From an uncultured bacterium (GTDB lineage Bacteria; Bacillota; Desulfotomaculia; Desulfotomaculales; Desulfallaceae), in assembly GCA_965539975.1 (NCBI GenBank), contig CBETWA010000002.1, positions 24,244 through 88,243 of the forward strand: 64,000 nucleotides of DNA, read 5' to 3'. Position numbers and translations under genes: made by a program. Shown one piece after another: positions 44,451 to 54,305 of this stretch; the first letter of the stretch is position 1; every line of letters begins with the position of its first letter. The notes under the pieces are model-generated. The model did no database searches and was not told the origin of the DNA. It saw only the letters and a list, made by a program, of their open reading frames with translations.

Positions 44451-45307
44451 CAAACCACCTCGTGTTCTTCCTCCCCCAGCCTGGGGTCGGCAACCTCTTC
44501 CACAGCAAAACCGATATAAGTAAAAGCCAGCACAGTCAACGAAAGGGCCGCACCGGCGGGCAGCAGCCACCACTTCCATACATCCAGGTAGCAAAACTCC
44601 ATGGCATGCCGGATCATCAAGCCCCAGCTTACGGTGCCCGGCGCAGCTATGCCCAGAAAGGCCAGCCCCGCTTCGGTGACTACCGCCCGCCGGGCACCCT
44701 GGATCAACCCTACCATAATCACCGGGGCCAGGTCGGGCAGGATGTGCTTGCACAACACCTGCAGCTTGCCCGCTCCAAATGTGCGGGCGGCCTGCACGTG
44801 GGTCCTTTGTTTCAATGACAGTACCTGCGCCCTGATGACCCGGGCGCCCACCGGCCACCCCGTCAGCGCCAGCACCAGTATCAACAGCGGTATGCCGGGA
44901 CGGAGATAAGCGGCCGCAAGTATAATCACCAGTACCGGCGGGATGGCCAGCAGAGCATCTGTGATGCGGGTGACAACAGCGTCCGCCCGCCCACCCGCCA
45001 GTGCCGCGAAAGAACCTACAAGAACGCTAATCAGAGAAGTCAACAGAGCCGCGCCGGTGGCCACAGCCAGTGATGTGCGGGCCCCGACCACCAGCCGGCT
45101 AAATATATCCTGCCCCACGTCGTTGGTGCCCAGCCAGTGCTGGCCCGACGGGGGCTGCAACACCGCCTTGGAATGCTCGCCGGGCGGGTAAGGTGCAAGC
45201 CACGGCCCCAGAATTGCCGCCAGGACAACTATCCCCAGTAATACGAATCCAATCCTGGCCATGTTATTCTTTTTGACCCGCGCGACATAATTAATGTGCA
45301 TGGACAA
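44450..45307 (-). CDS. ABC importer permease (DppC/NikC/OppC-like)
   Basis: It has six TM segments and an EAA-like loop (ARTFGAGKLQVLCKHILPDL). Confidence 0.85.
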   Translation of the reverse strand: MSMHINYVARVKKNNMARIGFVLLGIVVLAAILGPWLAPYPPGEHSKAVLQPPSGQHWLGTNDVGQDIFSRLVVGARTSLAVATGAALLTSLISVLVGSFAALAGGRADAVVTRITDALLAIPPVLVIILAAAYLRPGIPLLILVLALTGWPVGARVIRAQVLSLKQRTHVQAARTFGAGKLQVLCKHILPDLAPVIMVGLIQGARRAVVTEAGLAFLGIAAPGTVSWGLMIRHAMEFCYLDVWKWWLLPAGAALSLTVLAFTYIGFAVEEVADPRLGEEEHEVV

Positions 45308-46265
45308 CCCTCGGATCCAGCCTGGTATACAGCAAATCCATAACGAAACTGACCGCCAGCACCGATACCGTCACCACCAGGAATACACCCTGCAAAACCG
45401 GATAATCCCTGGTCATCAGGGCAGTATGTAGTAAATGGCCCAGCCCCGGGTAGGCGAACACCATCTCCACGAAAAGAACGCCGGTGGCCATCCGGCCCAC
45501 CCGCAACCCGGTACGCGTTACCACCGGCAGCAGGGCGTTGCGCCCTGCGTGCCTGTACCGGATCACTCCCGGAGAAAGTCCCTTGGCCCGGGCCGTTAGG
45601 ATAAAGGGAGCCTTTAAAACTGTCACCATGGTGTTCCGGGTCAGCAAATACGCGCCGGCCAGGCCCGACAGAGTAAGGGCCGCTAGGGGCAGTGCCAGGT
45701 GGTGCAAAACGTCCAACCACAGGGCCGGGCCGCTGAGCCCGGCATACTGGGTCATGGCCCCGGAAAGCGGGAATATTCCCAGTGTAACTCCAAAAAATAG
45801 CAGCAAAAGTATGCCCAGGAAAAAGTCAGGCAAGCCGTTAAGCAGCATTATCCCTGTCATAATCATCACGTCCGGGCGGCGGCCCCGGCGCCAGCCCGAT
45901 TCAATGCCCAGCAATACACCCAGTATGGTGGACAGCACAATAGCCGATCCCGCCAGCAACAGCGTCCAGGGCAGTGCCCCGGACACCACTTCCAGAACCG
46001 GGGCATTGAAATAATAGGAGTAACCCAGGTCCCCCCGGGCCAGCGCGCCCAGGTACACAGCAAACTGTTCCACCAGCGAGCGGTCCAGCCCGTATCGCTG
46101 TTCCAGCTCGGCGCGCAGCCCGGGAGTCATGTGAACCAGTGCCTCGTCCCCGTAAATTGCCATCATGGGGTCCCCGGGCAGCAGCCTGGGCAGCAAGAAG
46201 TTCAGTGAAAGGATGATCAACAGGGCTACCAGGTAATTAACCGGGACGCCCGTTTTAAAGCGCAT
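45291..46265 (-). CDS. ABC importer permease (DppB/NikB/OppB-like)
   Basis: It begins like typical family members (NYLVALLIILSLNFLLPRLLPGDP) and has the EAA loop TARAKGLSPGVIRYRHAGRNAL. Confidence 0.85.
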   Translation of the reverse strand: MRFKTGVPVNYLVALLIILSLNFLLPRLLPGDPMMAIYGDEALVHMTPGLRAELEQRYGLDRSLVEQFAVYLGALARGDLGYSYYFNAPVLEVVSGALPWTLLLAGSAIVLSTILGVLLGIESGWRRGRRPDVMIMTGIMLLNGLPDFFLGILLLLFFGVTLGIFPLSGAMTQYAGLSGPALWLDVLHHLALPLAALTLSGLAGAYLLTRNTMVTVLKAPFILTARAKGLSPGVIRYRHAGRNALLPVVTRTGLRVGRMATGVLFVEMVFAYPGLGHLLHTALMTRDYPVLQGVFLVVTVSVLAVSFVMDLLYTRLDPRVVHAH

Positions 46266-46269
46266 GGTT

Positions 46270-47856
46270 TCACCTCTCGGGGTTCACAAAAGCCATCTTG
46301 TTCAGCGGTAGCGGTACCCCGGTACCAATACCGCCCGCGGTATAATAAAGCTCCACGCCACCATCGTGGCAGAAATACCACCGGGGGTAATACAGGCTTA
46401 AAGCGGGCACTTCCGCCGCGTATACCTCCTGAAGCCGGTCAACCATTTTCTTCCTGGCTTCCAAGTCCATTTCCTGCACCTGCTCCTCCAGCAGCTTGTT
46501 CAATTCCTGGTTTGCATTGTAGCGCGCGCTGTTAAAGTTTTCTCCGGTTATCATCTGGTTCATAAACACCGGGTCGCCGCCAATGCCGCCGTGCCCGCTT
46601 AAAGCCAGTTCAAATTCCCAGTTCTGCACCCTGTTGTCCAGGGTTTTAGCCTCCAGGCTCCGCAGTTCAACTTTTATACCCGCCCCGGCCAGCTGGACGG
46701 CAATAAGCTCGCCGTCCCGGGCAAACCGCTCGGAAACCAGAAGCTCCACTTCCAAAGGCCGGCCTTCCCGGTAAAAAACGCCATCCCGCAGTTCATAACC
46801 CAGTTCTCCCAGCAGTTCCCTGGCTTTTTCCGGGTTGTACCGGTACTGCTCCACCTTTGGGTTATGCCAGTGGGTATCCGGAGGAATCATGCCCGGGCTG
46901 GCGGTTACGGCATGGCCCCTGGCCACCACGTCCACCAGTTCCCCGCGGTCAATGGCATAAGCCAGGGCACGGCGAAACTCGGGGCTACTAAAGGGTTCTT
47001 TTTTGTGGTTGATCATAAGCTTGGCGTTCCAGAAACTTGGGCCGCTGATAACGGTAAACCCCGCTTTCTCCATGCCTTCCACCGTTTCCGGCTTGATCTC
47101 GGCAGCGTTCACCCCGCCCTTTTGCAACTCGGACATGGCCATTTCTTCGCTCACCTTGACAAAACGAATCCGGTCCACCAGCGGCCTGCCGCCGTAGTAA
47201 TCGTCATACGCTTCATACAGGTAGGTGCCGTGCTCGCGGCTGTAATCAACCAGCTTGAAAGGGCCGGTGCCCACCAGCGCCCCGGCACCCGTGAAACTTT
47301 CCGGCTCCTGTACGTCCCGCCAGATATGCTCGGGCAGTACGGGCATGGTACCTGCCACGTTTTCCAAAAACGGCGCGTAGGGTTTATCCAGTTTAATCTT
47401 GACTGTGTAATCATCAACCTCCGCCGCGGATTCCACCGCTGTAAGGTCAATCATCGAGTAGGGGTGCTCTTTCATGTAATTCACCGTAAACACGACATCC
47501 CGGGCGGTGAATTTTTCCCCGTCATGCCAGGTGATATCCCGGCGCAGGTTAAATGTGTATGTATTGCTGGCTTCGTCATACCACCAGTTCTCGGCCAGGG
47601 CGGGCACAAAGCCACTGGCGTCTTTCCATACCAGGGTATCAAATATAAAGCTCATGCGAATGTAACCCGGCCCGCGGGAGTAGTGGCCGTAAGGGCTGGG
47701 AAAACCCCAGTCGCCGGTGGAATCGGCAATAGTATATACCCGCGGCGAGTCACCCGCGCCACCCGCGGTATCCCCGCCCCGTTCGCTGCAGCCGGCCAAC
47801 AGCACAAGTGGTATGGCAAGCATAAAAAGTACAGGCAAAACAAAGCGCTTAATCAC
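46270..47856 (-). CDS. Family-5 solute-binding lipoprotein (DppA/NikA/OppA-like)
   Basis: I prefer the GTG at 47856, 9 nt after AAAGGAG. The signal peptide has the lipobox LLAGC. The product is a ~500-aa SBP_bac_5-like body. Confidence 0.85.
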   Translation of the reverse strand: MIKRFVLPVLFMLAIPLVLLAGCSERGGDTAGGAGDSPRVYTIADSTGDWGFPSPYGHYSRGPGYIRMSFIFDTLVWKDASGFVPALAENWWYDEASNTYTFNLRRDITWHDGEKFTARDVVFTVNYMKEHPYSMIDLTAVESAAEVDDYTVKIKLDKPYAPFLENVAGTMPVLPEHIWRDVQEPESFTGAGALVGTGPFKLVDYSREHGTYLYEAYDDYYGGRPLVDRIRFVKVSEEMAMSELQKGGVNAAEIKPETVEGMEKAGFTVISGPSFWNAKLMINHKKEPFSSPEFRRALAYAIDRGELVDVVARGHAVTASPGMIPPDTHWHNPKVEQYRYNPEKARELLGELGYELRDGVFYREGRPLEVELLVSERFARDGELIAVQLAGAGIKVELRSLEAKTLDNRVQNWEFELALSGHGGIGGDPVFMNQMITGENFNSARYNANQELNKLLEEQVQEMDLEARKKMVDRLQEVYAAEVPALSLYYPRWYFCHDGGVELYYTAGGIGTGVPLPLNKMAFVNPER

Positions 47857-47908
47857 TATAACACGCTCCTTTCCAAGCAAGAGCGGGTTCTTGACCCCCG
47901 GGAACTCG

Positions 47909-47960
47909 AAAAAAACACGGAAGCAGCCGCACATCCTCTTTTTGCAGCATACCTCCGTGG
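47909..47960 (-). terminator. Hairpin plus T7 run between the TsaA-like gene and the ABC operon
   Basis: On the minus strand the sequence is CACGGAGG...(28-nt loop)...CTTCCGTG followed by TTTTTTT. Confidence 0.45.
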
Positions 47961-48003
47961 TTTTAATCCGTCTATATTTTTCTGAAGTTATTTTCGGGTT
48001 ATT

Positions 48004-48450
48004 TTAGCCCGGGTTGAACCTGGCTTCATAAACCGCATCTATTTCGGGAGAATACGGTTTTATGTCCAAAAGCGGGCTTCCGTCCAGGGCATCCAACCCC
48101 CGGACTTTCAGGAGGTTTCCATTCACCTCCACCAGCTCTGCCATGCATAACGCTATGGGATTGGGGCGGTTCGGCGACCGGGTGGCGAAAACCCCTCTTG
48201 CAATTTCACTGAAGGGTGTGGTGGTCTGCAACTTGTTCCTGTCCGCCTGGTTACACCAGTACAGCACAATTAAATGTGAAGCTTTTTCCACATACTCCAG
48301 CCCGGGCAAGTACTCATCATATAACTCCAGGATACAAATGTCGCTCGACAAGCGTCCCTGCCGGGGAGCGTCTTGCCTTTTCTTGTAAGGAGTGTGAATC
48401 ACGCCTATGGGGGTTAAAACAAGGTCATTCCCACCGGTGTGTTCGTTCAT
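48004..48450 (-). CDS. TsaA/TrmO-family (UPF0066/YaeB) SAM-dependent methyltransferase-like protein
   Basis: Family motifs include LTPIGVIHTPY..RQDAPRQG, FATRSPNRPNPI and GSPLLDIKPY. Confidence 0.75.
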   Translation of the reverse strand: MNEHTGGNDLVLTPIGVIHTPYKKRQDAPRQGRLSSDICILELYDEYLPGLEYVEKASHLIVLYWCNQADRNKLQTTTPFSEIARGVFATRSPNRPNPIALCMAELVEVNGNLLKVRGLDALDGSPLLDIKPYSPEIDAVYEARFNPG

Positions 48451-48487
48451 GTAATCGCCCCGTTATTATTATAACTTGCCAAGAAAT

Positions 48488-49105
48488 TTACCAGCCGCGG
48501 GTATAGTCCTCAAAGCAATCCAGGCACACCGGCTTGCCGTCTTTCAACCTGGCCCGGGGTTCCATTACGCGCTCCCCGCAACCCGAGCACACCACCGAAG
48601 GGAAAAGGCGGGCCTTAGAAGGAAACCGGAAATCAATTTCCCGGACTTCGCAAAACTTTTCTTCCGGCATGTGCAGTATTTCTTCAATCCGCCGGGTTTG
48701 GATTTCCTGGAACCTGGCCTTTTCTTCGTCAGTAGCCGTACCGCCGAAAACCTTCTGGCGTAATGCAGTCACGCCCGGATCGGCCTGGCTCATAACATCC
48801 CTTACCGATATGCGGAGCGCCCGGTTCCCGTTACGGCTACCGAAGGTATACACCTGTTTTCCGGTATCACGGTAAATCAGGTTGCCCTTGCCTAGGGTGC
48901 AGCCCGTCAGTAGCATGATGGCGTCTACCCCGCAAGCGTCGTTTTCAACCACCGCCACCAGTTCCTCGTCGGCGGAGCGCATTTCCCCCAAGCGCTTCAG
49001 GGCGATTTCCGCCACCCTGTAACCTACGGCGAGGCCGGGACAACTGTGCCCGTGAAACTCAATGGCCTTTTCCCAGGGTGATTTCTCCATGCACATTCTC
49101 ATCAC
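48488..49105 (-). CDS. FmdE-family protein with a C-terminal zinc ribbon
   Basis: It contains FHGHSCPGLAVGYRV and a C-terminal CSGCGE...CLDC. The start is uncertain because several ATGs fall within the first six codons. Confidence 0.75.
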   Translation of the reverse strand: MMRMCMEKSPWEKAIEFHGHSCPGLAVGYRVAEIALKRLGEMRSADEELVAVVENDACGVDAIMLLTGCTLGKGNLIYRDTGKQVYTFGSRNGNRALRISVRDVMSQADPGVTALRQKVFGGTATDEEKARFQEIQTRRIEEILHMPEEKFCEVREIDFRFPSKARLFPSVVCSGCGERVMEPRARLKDGKPVCLDCFEDYTRGW

Positions 49106-49414
49106 CTCGTTTCATGTTTCGTTAAAATACAAACTATTGACAACAAACAAGGCCACAAAGGGCCCCTCCCTGGAGCAGACCTTCATGGCCTGTGTTTTTC
49201 CTTTATTCGCGTTTACCAATAAAATGTGCATATTACACTTAACATTCCGCCGGCTTCCTGCCGGCCATTTCAATTTCCATGCTAACCGTTTTTTTATTTT
49301 CTGTCAATATGGTAACATAGGAAATAATCCTTCGCGTACTTAAAACGCTTCCGGCGATGTACTTCATGTTCATACCCGGGAGGCGCGAAAAACAATTGCA
49401 AAGGAGGTGTTATT

Positions 49415-49603
49415 ATGCCGGTAATCTACATCGACGGCCCAAAGTTGTCCAAAGAACAGAAAACCGAGCTGGTTAAAGGCTTCACCCGCGTTGCCAGCGA
49501 TGTTATTAAACTTCCGGAAAGTGCTTTTATCGTTTTAATCAATGAAAGGGACCGGGACAATGTGGGCGTGGGCGGCGAGCTTCTTTCCGACAAGAATGCC
49601 TGA
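49415..49603 (+). CDS. 4-oxalocrotonate tautomerase-family protein
   Basis: The 62-aa product starts MP(V) (Pro1 after Met removal). AGGAGG lies 8 nt upstream. Confidence 0.75.
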   Translation: MPVIYIDGPKLSKEQKTELVKGFTRVASDVIKLPESAFIVLINERDRDNVGVGGELLSDKNA

Positions 49604-49635
49604 GGGGCGGGCCGCCCCGCCCCCAGCGTTTTTTT
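49604..49635 (+). terminator. Strong rho-independent terminator
   Basis: An 8-bp all-GC stem (GGGGCGGG / CCCGCCCC) is followed by AGCGTTTTTTT. Confidence 0.85.
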
Positions 49636-49716
49636 AAATGCCGGTGAAGTACGAGTTTGTAACAGGCGTTTTTAACGACACCGGTAACCCCAAAAAACAG
49701 CTTAAACCTCCAAGGG

Positions 49717-50391
49717 TTAAAACCAGTAGTATGGGTACTTGCGGCGGCTTGACAGGTTGTTCACCAGCACTGCTATCAGCACCAGGCACAATGCTCCAAA
49801 ACCCACGGGCGAAAGAATAAACCCGAAACCCTGCTCATAGTACACAGCCATAAACGCGGTGGCTCCGCCGGGCGGGTGCAAAGTGTAAGTTACCATCATG
49901 ACCAGGATGGCCAGCGTTACGCCAAGGGTAATGGACCACCATTGATTGCCGAACAGTTGATAAACAGTCACTCCTACCAGCGCTGAAACCACATGCCCCC
50001 CGATAACGTTCCTGGGCTGGGCCATTGGTACATTGCACGCCGCGTACAGCAAAACAGCCGACGCTCCGAAAGACGGAAGTAACAGCGGCAGGTTGTAATA
50101 AATGGACAGGAGAACCACCAGTCCCACGCCGGCAAAGCTGCCGGTGGCGGTCAAAAGCAACTCTTGCAGCGATATGGCGGGCATGTCATGGCACCTGCCC
50201 GCTTTCATTTTACGCAGGTACGCCTTTAACGCAGTTTCCGCGGTACGGCGGGTTTCCTTCCTGGTACTGTCACAGGTTTCCCTGGTTGTTCCCACCCGGG
50301 CAACCGGAAACTTTCGTTTTATCTTTTCAACCTTTTTTCCATGGGCGGGGTGAGGCTCCTGCCTGGCATGTTGTTCAGCTGCTCCTTTCAA
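49717..50391 (-). CDS. HPP-family membrane protein (start uncertain)
   Basis: The C-terminal ~150 aa has four TM segments with SFGASAVLLYA...PRNVIGGHVVSALVG...TLHPPGGATA (HPP motif). The basic N-terminal extension may not be translated. Confidence 0.6.
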   Translation of the reverse strand: MKGAAEQHARQEPHPAHGKKVEKIKRKFPVARVGTTRETCDSTRKETRRTAETALKAYLRKMKAGRCHDMPAISLQELLLTATGSFAGVGLVVLLSIYYNLPLLLPSFGASAVLLYAACNVPMAQPRNVIGGHVVSALVGVTVYQLFGNQWWSITLGVTLAILVMMVTYTLHPPGGATAFMAVYYEQGFGFILSPVGFGALCLVLIAVLVNNLSSRRKYPYYWF

Positions 50392-50426
50392 AACAGCTCA
50401 CCCCCCTGAGTTAATTAACCAGCTAT

Positions 50427-50855
50427 TTACTTGACCAGCGTTACCGGATTTTTAGCATAGTGAAGCACCTGGTGGCTTACGCTGCCCATAACCAGCCCCT
50501 TTATATTACTCAGTCCCCTGGAACCCATGACAATCTGGTTAAAGCCGCCCTCTTCAGCGAACCAGGCAATTTCCTGGCCGGGGTCGCCCTCAAGAACAAC
50601 CTTGTTAACCTTTATGCCTTCATTTTCAAATATGGCCACCATGTCATCAACCACCTGCTTGCCCTGTTCCCTGACAATTTTCTCAATAGCGTCTATGTCC
50701 GCAAAAACGGAATAGTTGAATATTTCTTTTCTCACATTTATCACGTGCACCACAGTAACCTCGGCCTGCTTGTGTTCCCTGACCAGGTCCAACAAGAAAT
50801 AGGCCGCTCGCCGGGAGTTATCCGAGCCGTCCGCCGCCAGCAAGTATTTTCTCAT
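50427..50855 (-). CDS. Universal stress protein (UspA family)
   Basis: It contains KYLLAADGSDNSRRA...IVMGSRGLSNIKGLVMGSVSHQVLHYAKNPV. Confidence 0.85.
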   Translation of the reverse strand: MRKYLLAADGSDNSRRAAYFLLDLVREHKQAEVTVVHVINVRKEIFNYSVFADIDAIEKIVREQGKQVVDDMVAIFENEGIKVNKVVLEGDPGQEIAWFAEEGGFNQIVMGSRGLSNIKGLVMGSVSHQVLHYAKNPVTLVK

Positions 50856-50890
50856 ATTCCACGCCTCCTTGGACAGTTTTATGGTCTATC

Positions 50891-51069
50891 AAAAATGCTC
50901 TTGAGTTTAGGTATACCTGTTCCGTCTCGCTTTTTCTAAACAGGTGATGCACCACATAAAAAATACCACTGGTGAGGATAAGAACATATTTACTGGCAGC
51001 AACCACCACCGTGCTTAAAAACTCCCGCGCCGACGGTACCAACGGCTTATACGCTGGGAATATACCTCC
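50891..51069 (-). repeat. Structured multicopy element, copy R4 (3' half only, opposite orientation)
   Basis: The plus strand reads AAAATGCTCTTGAGTTTAGGTATACCTGTTCCGTCTCGCTTTTTC..., the reverse complement of the R3 3' module. Homology stops inside the 14-bp hairpin (GGAGGTATA at ~51069). Confidence 0.75.
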
Positions 51070-51437
51070 GTTTAATATTTTAACACTTTTTATGTAGGAA
51101 TTCATTTTTCATCAAGGCAAAATTCTTTCACCATCCCCCTCCGGCCCGGCAGCTCCCCGCCATACGCCGGGCGAACCCTGCTGCCGCCGCTGTTTGCAAA
51201 AGATTCACCCGCATATAATCCCTACAGCAGCACCTGGTGGAAAAGCAAATAAGGGAAGTCCTTGCAAAATGTCACTTCCCAAATAGCGTTGAAATCCCCA
51301 ATGGTCATGTTTCAATATATAATAACAGGTAAATTGTAACAACAGGTATTGGATCAAAATAAAAATCGCCTGAAAATATAACGCATTAGGAATATATTGC
51401 CAGACCCCATGCAGCATCGTTATTGAAGGAGGAAACA

Positions 51438-52535
51438 ATGGATAATAACCGGCTGTACGTTGTTTACGGCGACAACCCGCGGGAAATGTGCCGGCTACTT
51501 TTGCCGCAAACCGGTTTAGCCGAATCTATAGACCCTGGCAAGACTGTACTGATCAAGCCCAACCTGGTGGTGGCGAAACCATCTTCTTCGGGGGCCACTA
51601 CGGACCCGGAACTTGTCGGCGCCGTTATAGAATACCTGCAAGACAATGGCATAAAAAACATTACCATCGCTGAAAGCGCTTGGGTCGGTGAAAGCACGGC
51701 AAAAGCTTTCCGGGTTTGCGGTTACGAGGATATATCCCGCCGGTACGGCGTTTCGCTGGTTGACCTGAAAAAGGACCGCACGGTTACCCTGCGTTCAGGC
51801 CACTACGAAATCGCCGTGGCTGAAACAGTTCTCAACGCGGGATACCTGGTTAACATGCCCGTACTGAAAGCCCATTGCCAGACCAAGCTGACCTGTGCCC
51901 TGAAAAACCTGAAGGGCTGCATTCCCGATGGGGAAAAAAGGCGTTTTCACACACTGGGACTGCACGAACCCATCGCCCGCCTCAACATGCTGTTAAAAAC
52001 ACATTTCATAATTGTTGACGGGATCGCCGGCGATTTAACTTTTGAAGAAGGCGGTAACCCGGTGGAAATGAACAGGATCATAGCCGGGTACGACCCCGTG
52101 CTGGTGGACGCTTACACGGCCCGGTTAATCGGCTATGAGCCGGAGGAAATACCTTACATCGGGCTGGCGGAAAAATTCGGAGTAGGCTCGGTGGGTGCCG
52201 GTCGTGCCGCAATAACCGAATTGAACAAGGCTGAAAAAATTGCTGCAAAATTTACAGTTCCCCCCAAAATCAAGCATCTTGCCCGCCTGGTGGAGGAAAA
52301 AAACGCCTGCTCAGCCTGTTACGGCAGCCTTTTACACGCCCTGGCCAGGCTGGATGAAAAAGGCAAACTACGGGACGCGCACCGTAAAATCCTCATCGGC
52401 CAGGGATACAGGGGCATTTCCACCGGCGGGATTGGAGTGGGCACTTGTACCGCAAAATGCGGCTGTAGCTTGCCGGGCTGCCCGCCTTCCGCCCGGGAAA
52501 TGGTCAAGTTCCTGGAAAAACATTATTGCCGTTAA
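51438..52535 (+). CDS. DUF362-domain protein with a C-terminal Cys-rich region
   Basis: VLIKPNLVVAKP...TDPELVGAVIEYL...ITIAESAW is DUF362-like. The C-terminus carries CSACYG and CTAKCGCSLPGCP. I prefer the ATG at 51438, 7 nt after GGAGG. Confidence 0.65.
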   Translation: MDNNRLYVVYGDNPREMCRLLLPQTGLAESIDPGKTVLIKPNLVVAKPSSSGATTDPELVGAVIEYLQDNGIKNITIAESAWVGESTAKAFRVCGYEDISRRYGVSLVDLKKDRTVTLRSGHYEIAVAETVLNAGYLVNMPVLKAHCQTKLTCALKNLKGCIPDGEKRRFHTLGLHEPIARLNMLLKTHFIIVDGIAGDLTFEEGGNPVEMNRIIAGYDPVLVDAYTARLIGYEPEEIPYIGLAEKFGVGSVGAGRAAITELNKAEKIAAKFTVPPKIKHLARLVEEKNACSACYGSLLHALARLDEKGKLRDAHRKILIGQGYRGISTGGIGVGTCTAKCGCSLPGCPPSAREMVKFLEKHYCR

Positions 52536-52919
52536 CGCCTACCCCGCTTAGCGTTATACATAAAAGCAAGCAAAAAAAAACCCGTGTTCCGGGACAAGAT
52601 ATCAGATAAAACCTAAAACCCCGAAAATCACACCGGAAACGTTTAAATCGCTGCCAAAAAAAACAAAGTAGACAAATCTCACACAGCGACAAACAAGCCA
52701 GGTCACTGGCGGAAAAAGTTAGCAATACCGCGGCTCAAACACCCACCCCGGCCTTTCACGGAAACGGAGCCGTGCATGTATGAAAAATAAGTTAATATAC
52801 TGTGACAGGAGAGGACAATATTGCCCTCTCCGTTTATTGATGTTAAAAAACAACATTACCTCGTACTTTTTACCAAACCATTTGTCCTCGCTATTGCATG
52901 AAAAATTGAATTATAGAAA

Positions 52920-52948
52920 TTGACACTATTTCAAAATGGTTTTAAACT
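52920..52948 (+). promoter_or_regulatory. Sigma-A-type promoter upstream of the HdrD-like gene
   Basis: The -35 TTGACA, a 17-nt spacer and the -10 TAAACT are present. A partial palindrome TTGACACTATT...ACTATTGTCAA overlaps the promoter. Confidence 0.4.
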
Positions 52949-52988
52949 ATTGTCAATTAATTAATGCTTTTTTAAGGGGGATAAAGGA

Positions 52989-54224
52989 GTGGGTACTATT
53001 TATGCAGACAAGCTAGATACTAATTTTTTTAATGAAGTGGTATCTAAGGCGTGTACAAACAAAAACCGGGAAGATTTTTACAACTGCCTGGCGTGCGGTA
53101 TGTGCAGCGCGGGATGTCCTTACAACGACGTACACGATAATGCCGACCCGCGCAAATTTATTCGCATGATGGTGCTGGGCATGCGCGAAGAAGTACTTAA
53201 TTCGGACTTCATATGGGCCTGTACCCAGTGCGGCCGGTGCACTATGGAATGCCCCATGAATGTTGAGGTAATGACCCTGGTACGCACCGTCAGGGGCAAT
53301 TTCGGCCTGCGTGCGCCGGGATCTTTGCAGGACGTAGTTGACGCGCAAATTAAAACCGGCAACCAGATGGAAGTGACCACCGAAGATTACCTGGACACCC
53401 TGGAGTGGATGGAAGAAGAGCTACAGGAAGAAGTTGGGGATCCAAATGCTAAAATACCGGTGGACAAGGAGGGCGCGGAATTTCTTTTCCTGTGGGACCC
53501 CCGGGAGATAAAATATTACCCGCACGACGTTCTGAGTATCGCCAAAATCATGTGGTATGTGGGAGCGGACTGGACCTGTAGCAGCAAGTGGTGGGACGCC
53601 ACCCATTACGCCCTGTTTAACGGCAACGACGAGGAAGCGCGTATTCTTACCCAGCGTTACGCCGACGAAGTAAAACGATTGAAGGTAAAGGAACTGGTGC
53701 TGACGGAGTGCGGGCACGCCACCCACGCCAACAAGTGGGGTCCCAAAGTATGGCTGGAAAAAGACAACGACTACCCGGTCAAAAGTATAGTGGAAAAATA
53801 TGTTGAGTGGTTCGAGGAGGGCCGCTTAAAAGTCAACCCGGAAGTAAACTCCGAACCCATTACCCTGCACGACCCCTGCAACACGGTACGCAAGCAAGGA
53901 CTGGGGGATGCTTTGCGCTATGTGATGAAAAGAATAGTCACTGATTTCAGGGAGATGCATCCCAACGGGGTATTCAACTACTGCTGCGGTGGTGGCGGCG
54001 GGCTGCTGGCTATGGGCAAGGATATATACCCGTACCGCATGGCCAAAGGTAAACTGAAAGCCGAGCAGATAAAAGAAACGGGCTGCAAGCTTATCGCCTG
54101 TCCCTGCCACAACTGTTTCGACCAGTTGACGGACATAATCAAATACTACGAGCTGGATGGCTGCAAAGTGGTACATTTACACCACCTGATCAGTAATGCT
54201 CTTGTTATGGAGGAAAAACCATAA
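52989..54224 (+). CDS. HdrD/GlcF-like Fe-S oxidoreductase (two 4Fe-4S motifs plus two CCG domains)
   Basis: It contains CLACGMCSAGCP and CTQCGRCTMECP, then cysteine-rich CCG-type motifs (ECGH...HDPC and YCCGGGGG...CPCHNC). Confidence 0.75.
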   Translation: MGTIYADKLDTNFFNEVVSKACTNKNREDFYNCLACGMCSAGCPYNDVHDNADPRKFIRMMVLGMREEVLNSDFIWACTQCGRCTMECPMNVEVMTLVRTVRGNFGLRAPGSLQDVVDAQIKTGNQMEVTTEDYLDTLEWMEEELQEEVGDPNAKIPVDKEGAEFLFLWDPREIKYYPHDVLSIAKIMWYVGADWTCSSKWWDATHYALFNGNDEEARILTQRYADEVKRLKVKELVLTECGHATHANKWGPKVWLEKDNDYPVKSIVEKYVEWFEEGRLKVNPEVNSEPITLHDPCNTVRKQGLGDALRYVMKRIVTDFREMHPNGVFNYCCGGGGGLLAMGKDIYPYRMAKGKLKAEQIKETGCKLIACPCHNCFDQLTDIIKYYELDGCKVVHLHHLISNALVMEEKP

Positions 54225-54273
54225 ACCATTTTCCCCATGATTCAGGGTGCGGCGCTATTATCATACCCGAAAA

Positions 54274-54304
54274 AGGACTCTCTTCGCGAGGGTCCTCTTT
54301 TTTT
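54274..54304 (+). terminator. Rho-independent terminator after the HdrD-like gene
   Basis: The hairpin AGGACTCTCTTCGCGAGGGTCCT is followed by CTTTTTTT. Confidence 0.6.
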
Positions 54305-54305
54305 C

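Noticed and set aside
44451-44858. A 136-codon N-terminal extension of the ABC ATPase ORF (track ORF 42744-44858).
   Set aside because: The extension overlaps the permease gene in another frame. The ATG at 44450 overlaps the permease stop, gives the usual MAFGQVLLDVRDLSV start and fits translational coupling.
52504-52725. A 73-aa minus-strand ORF in the DUF362/HdrD-like spacer.
   Set aside because: It overlaps the 3' end of the DUF362 gene, has no SD, and is a Cys/Phe/Leu-rich low-complexity product from an A-rich spacer read in reverse.
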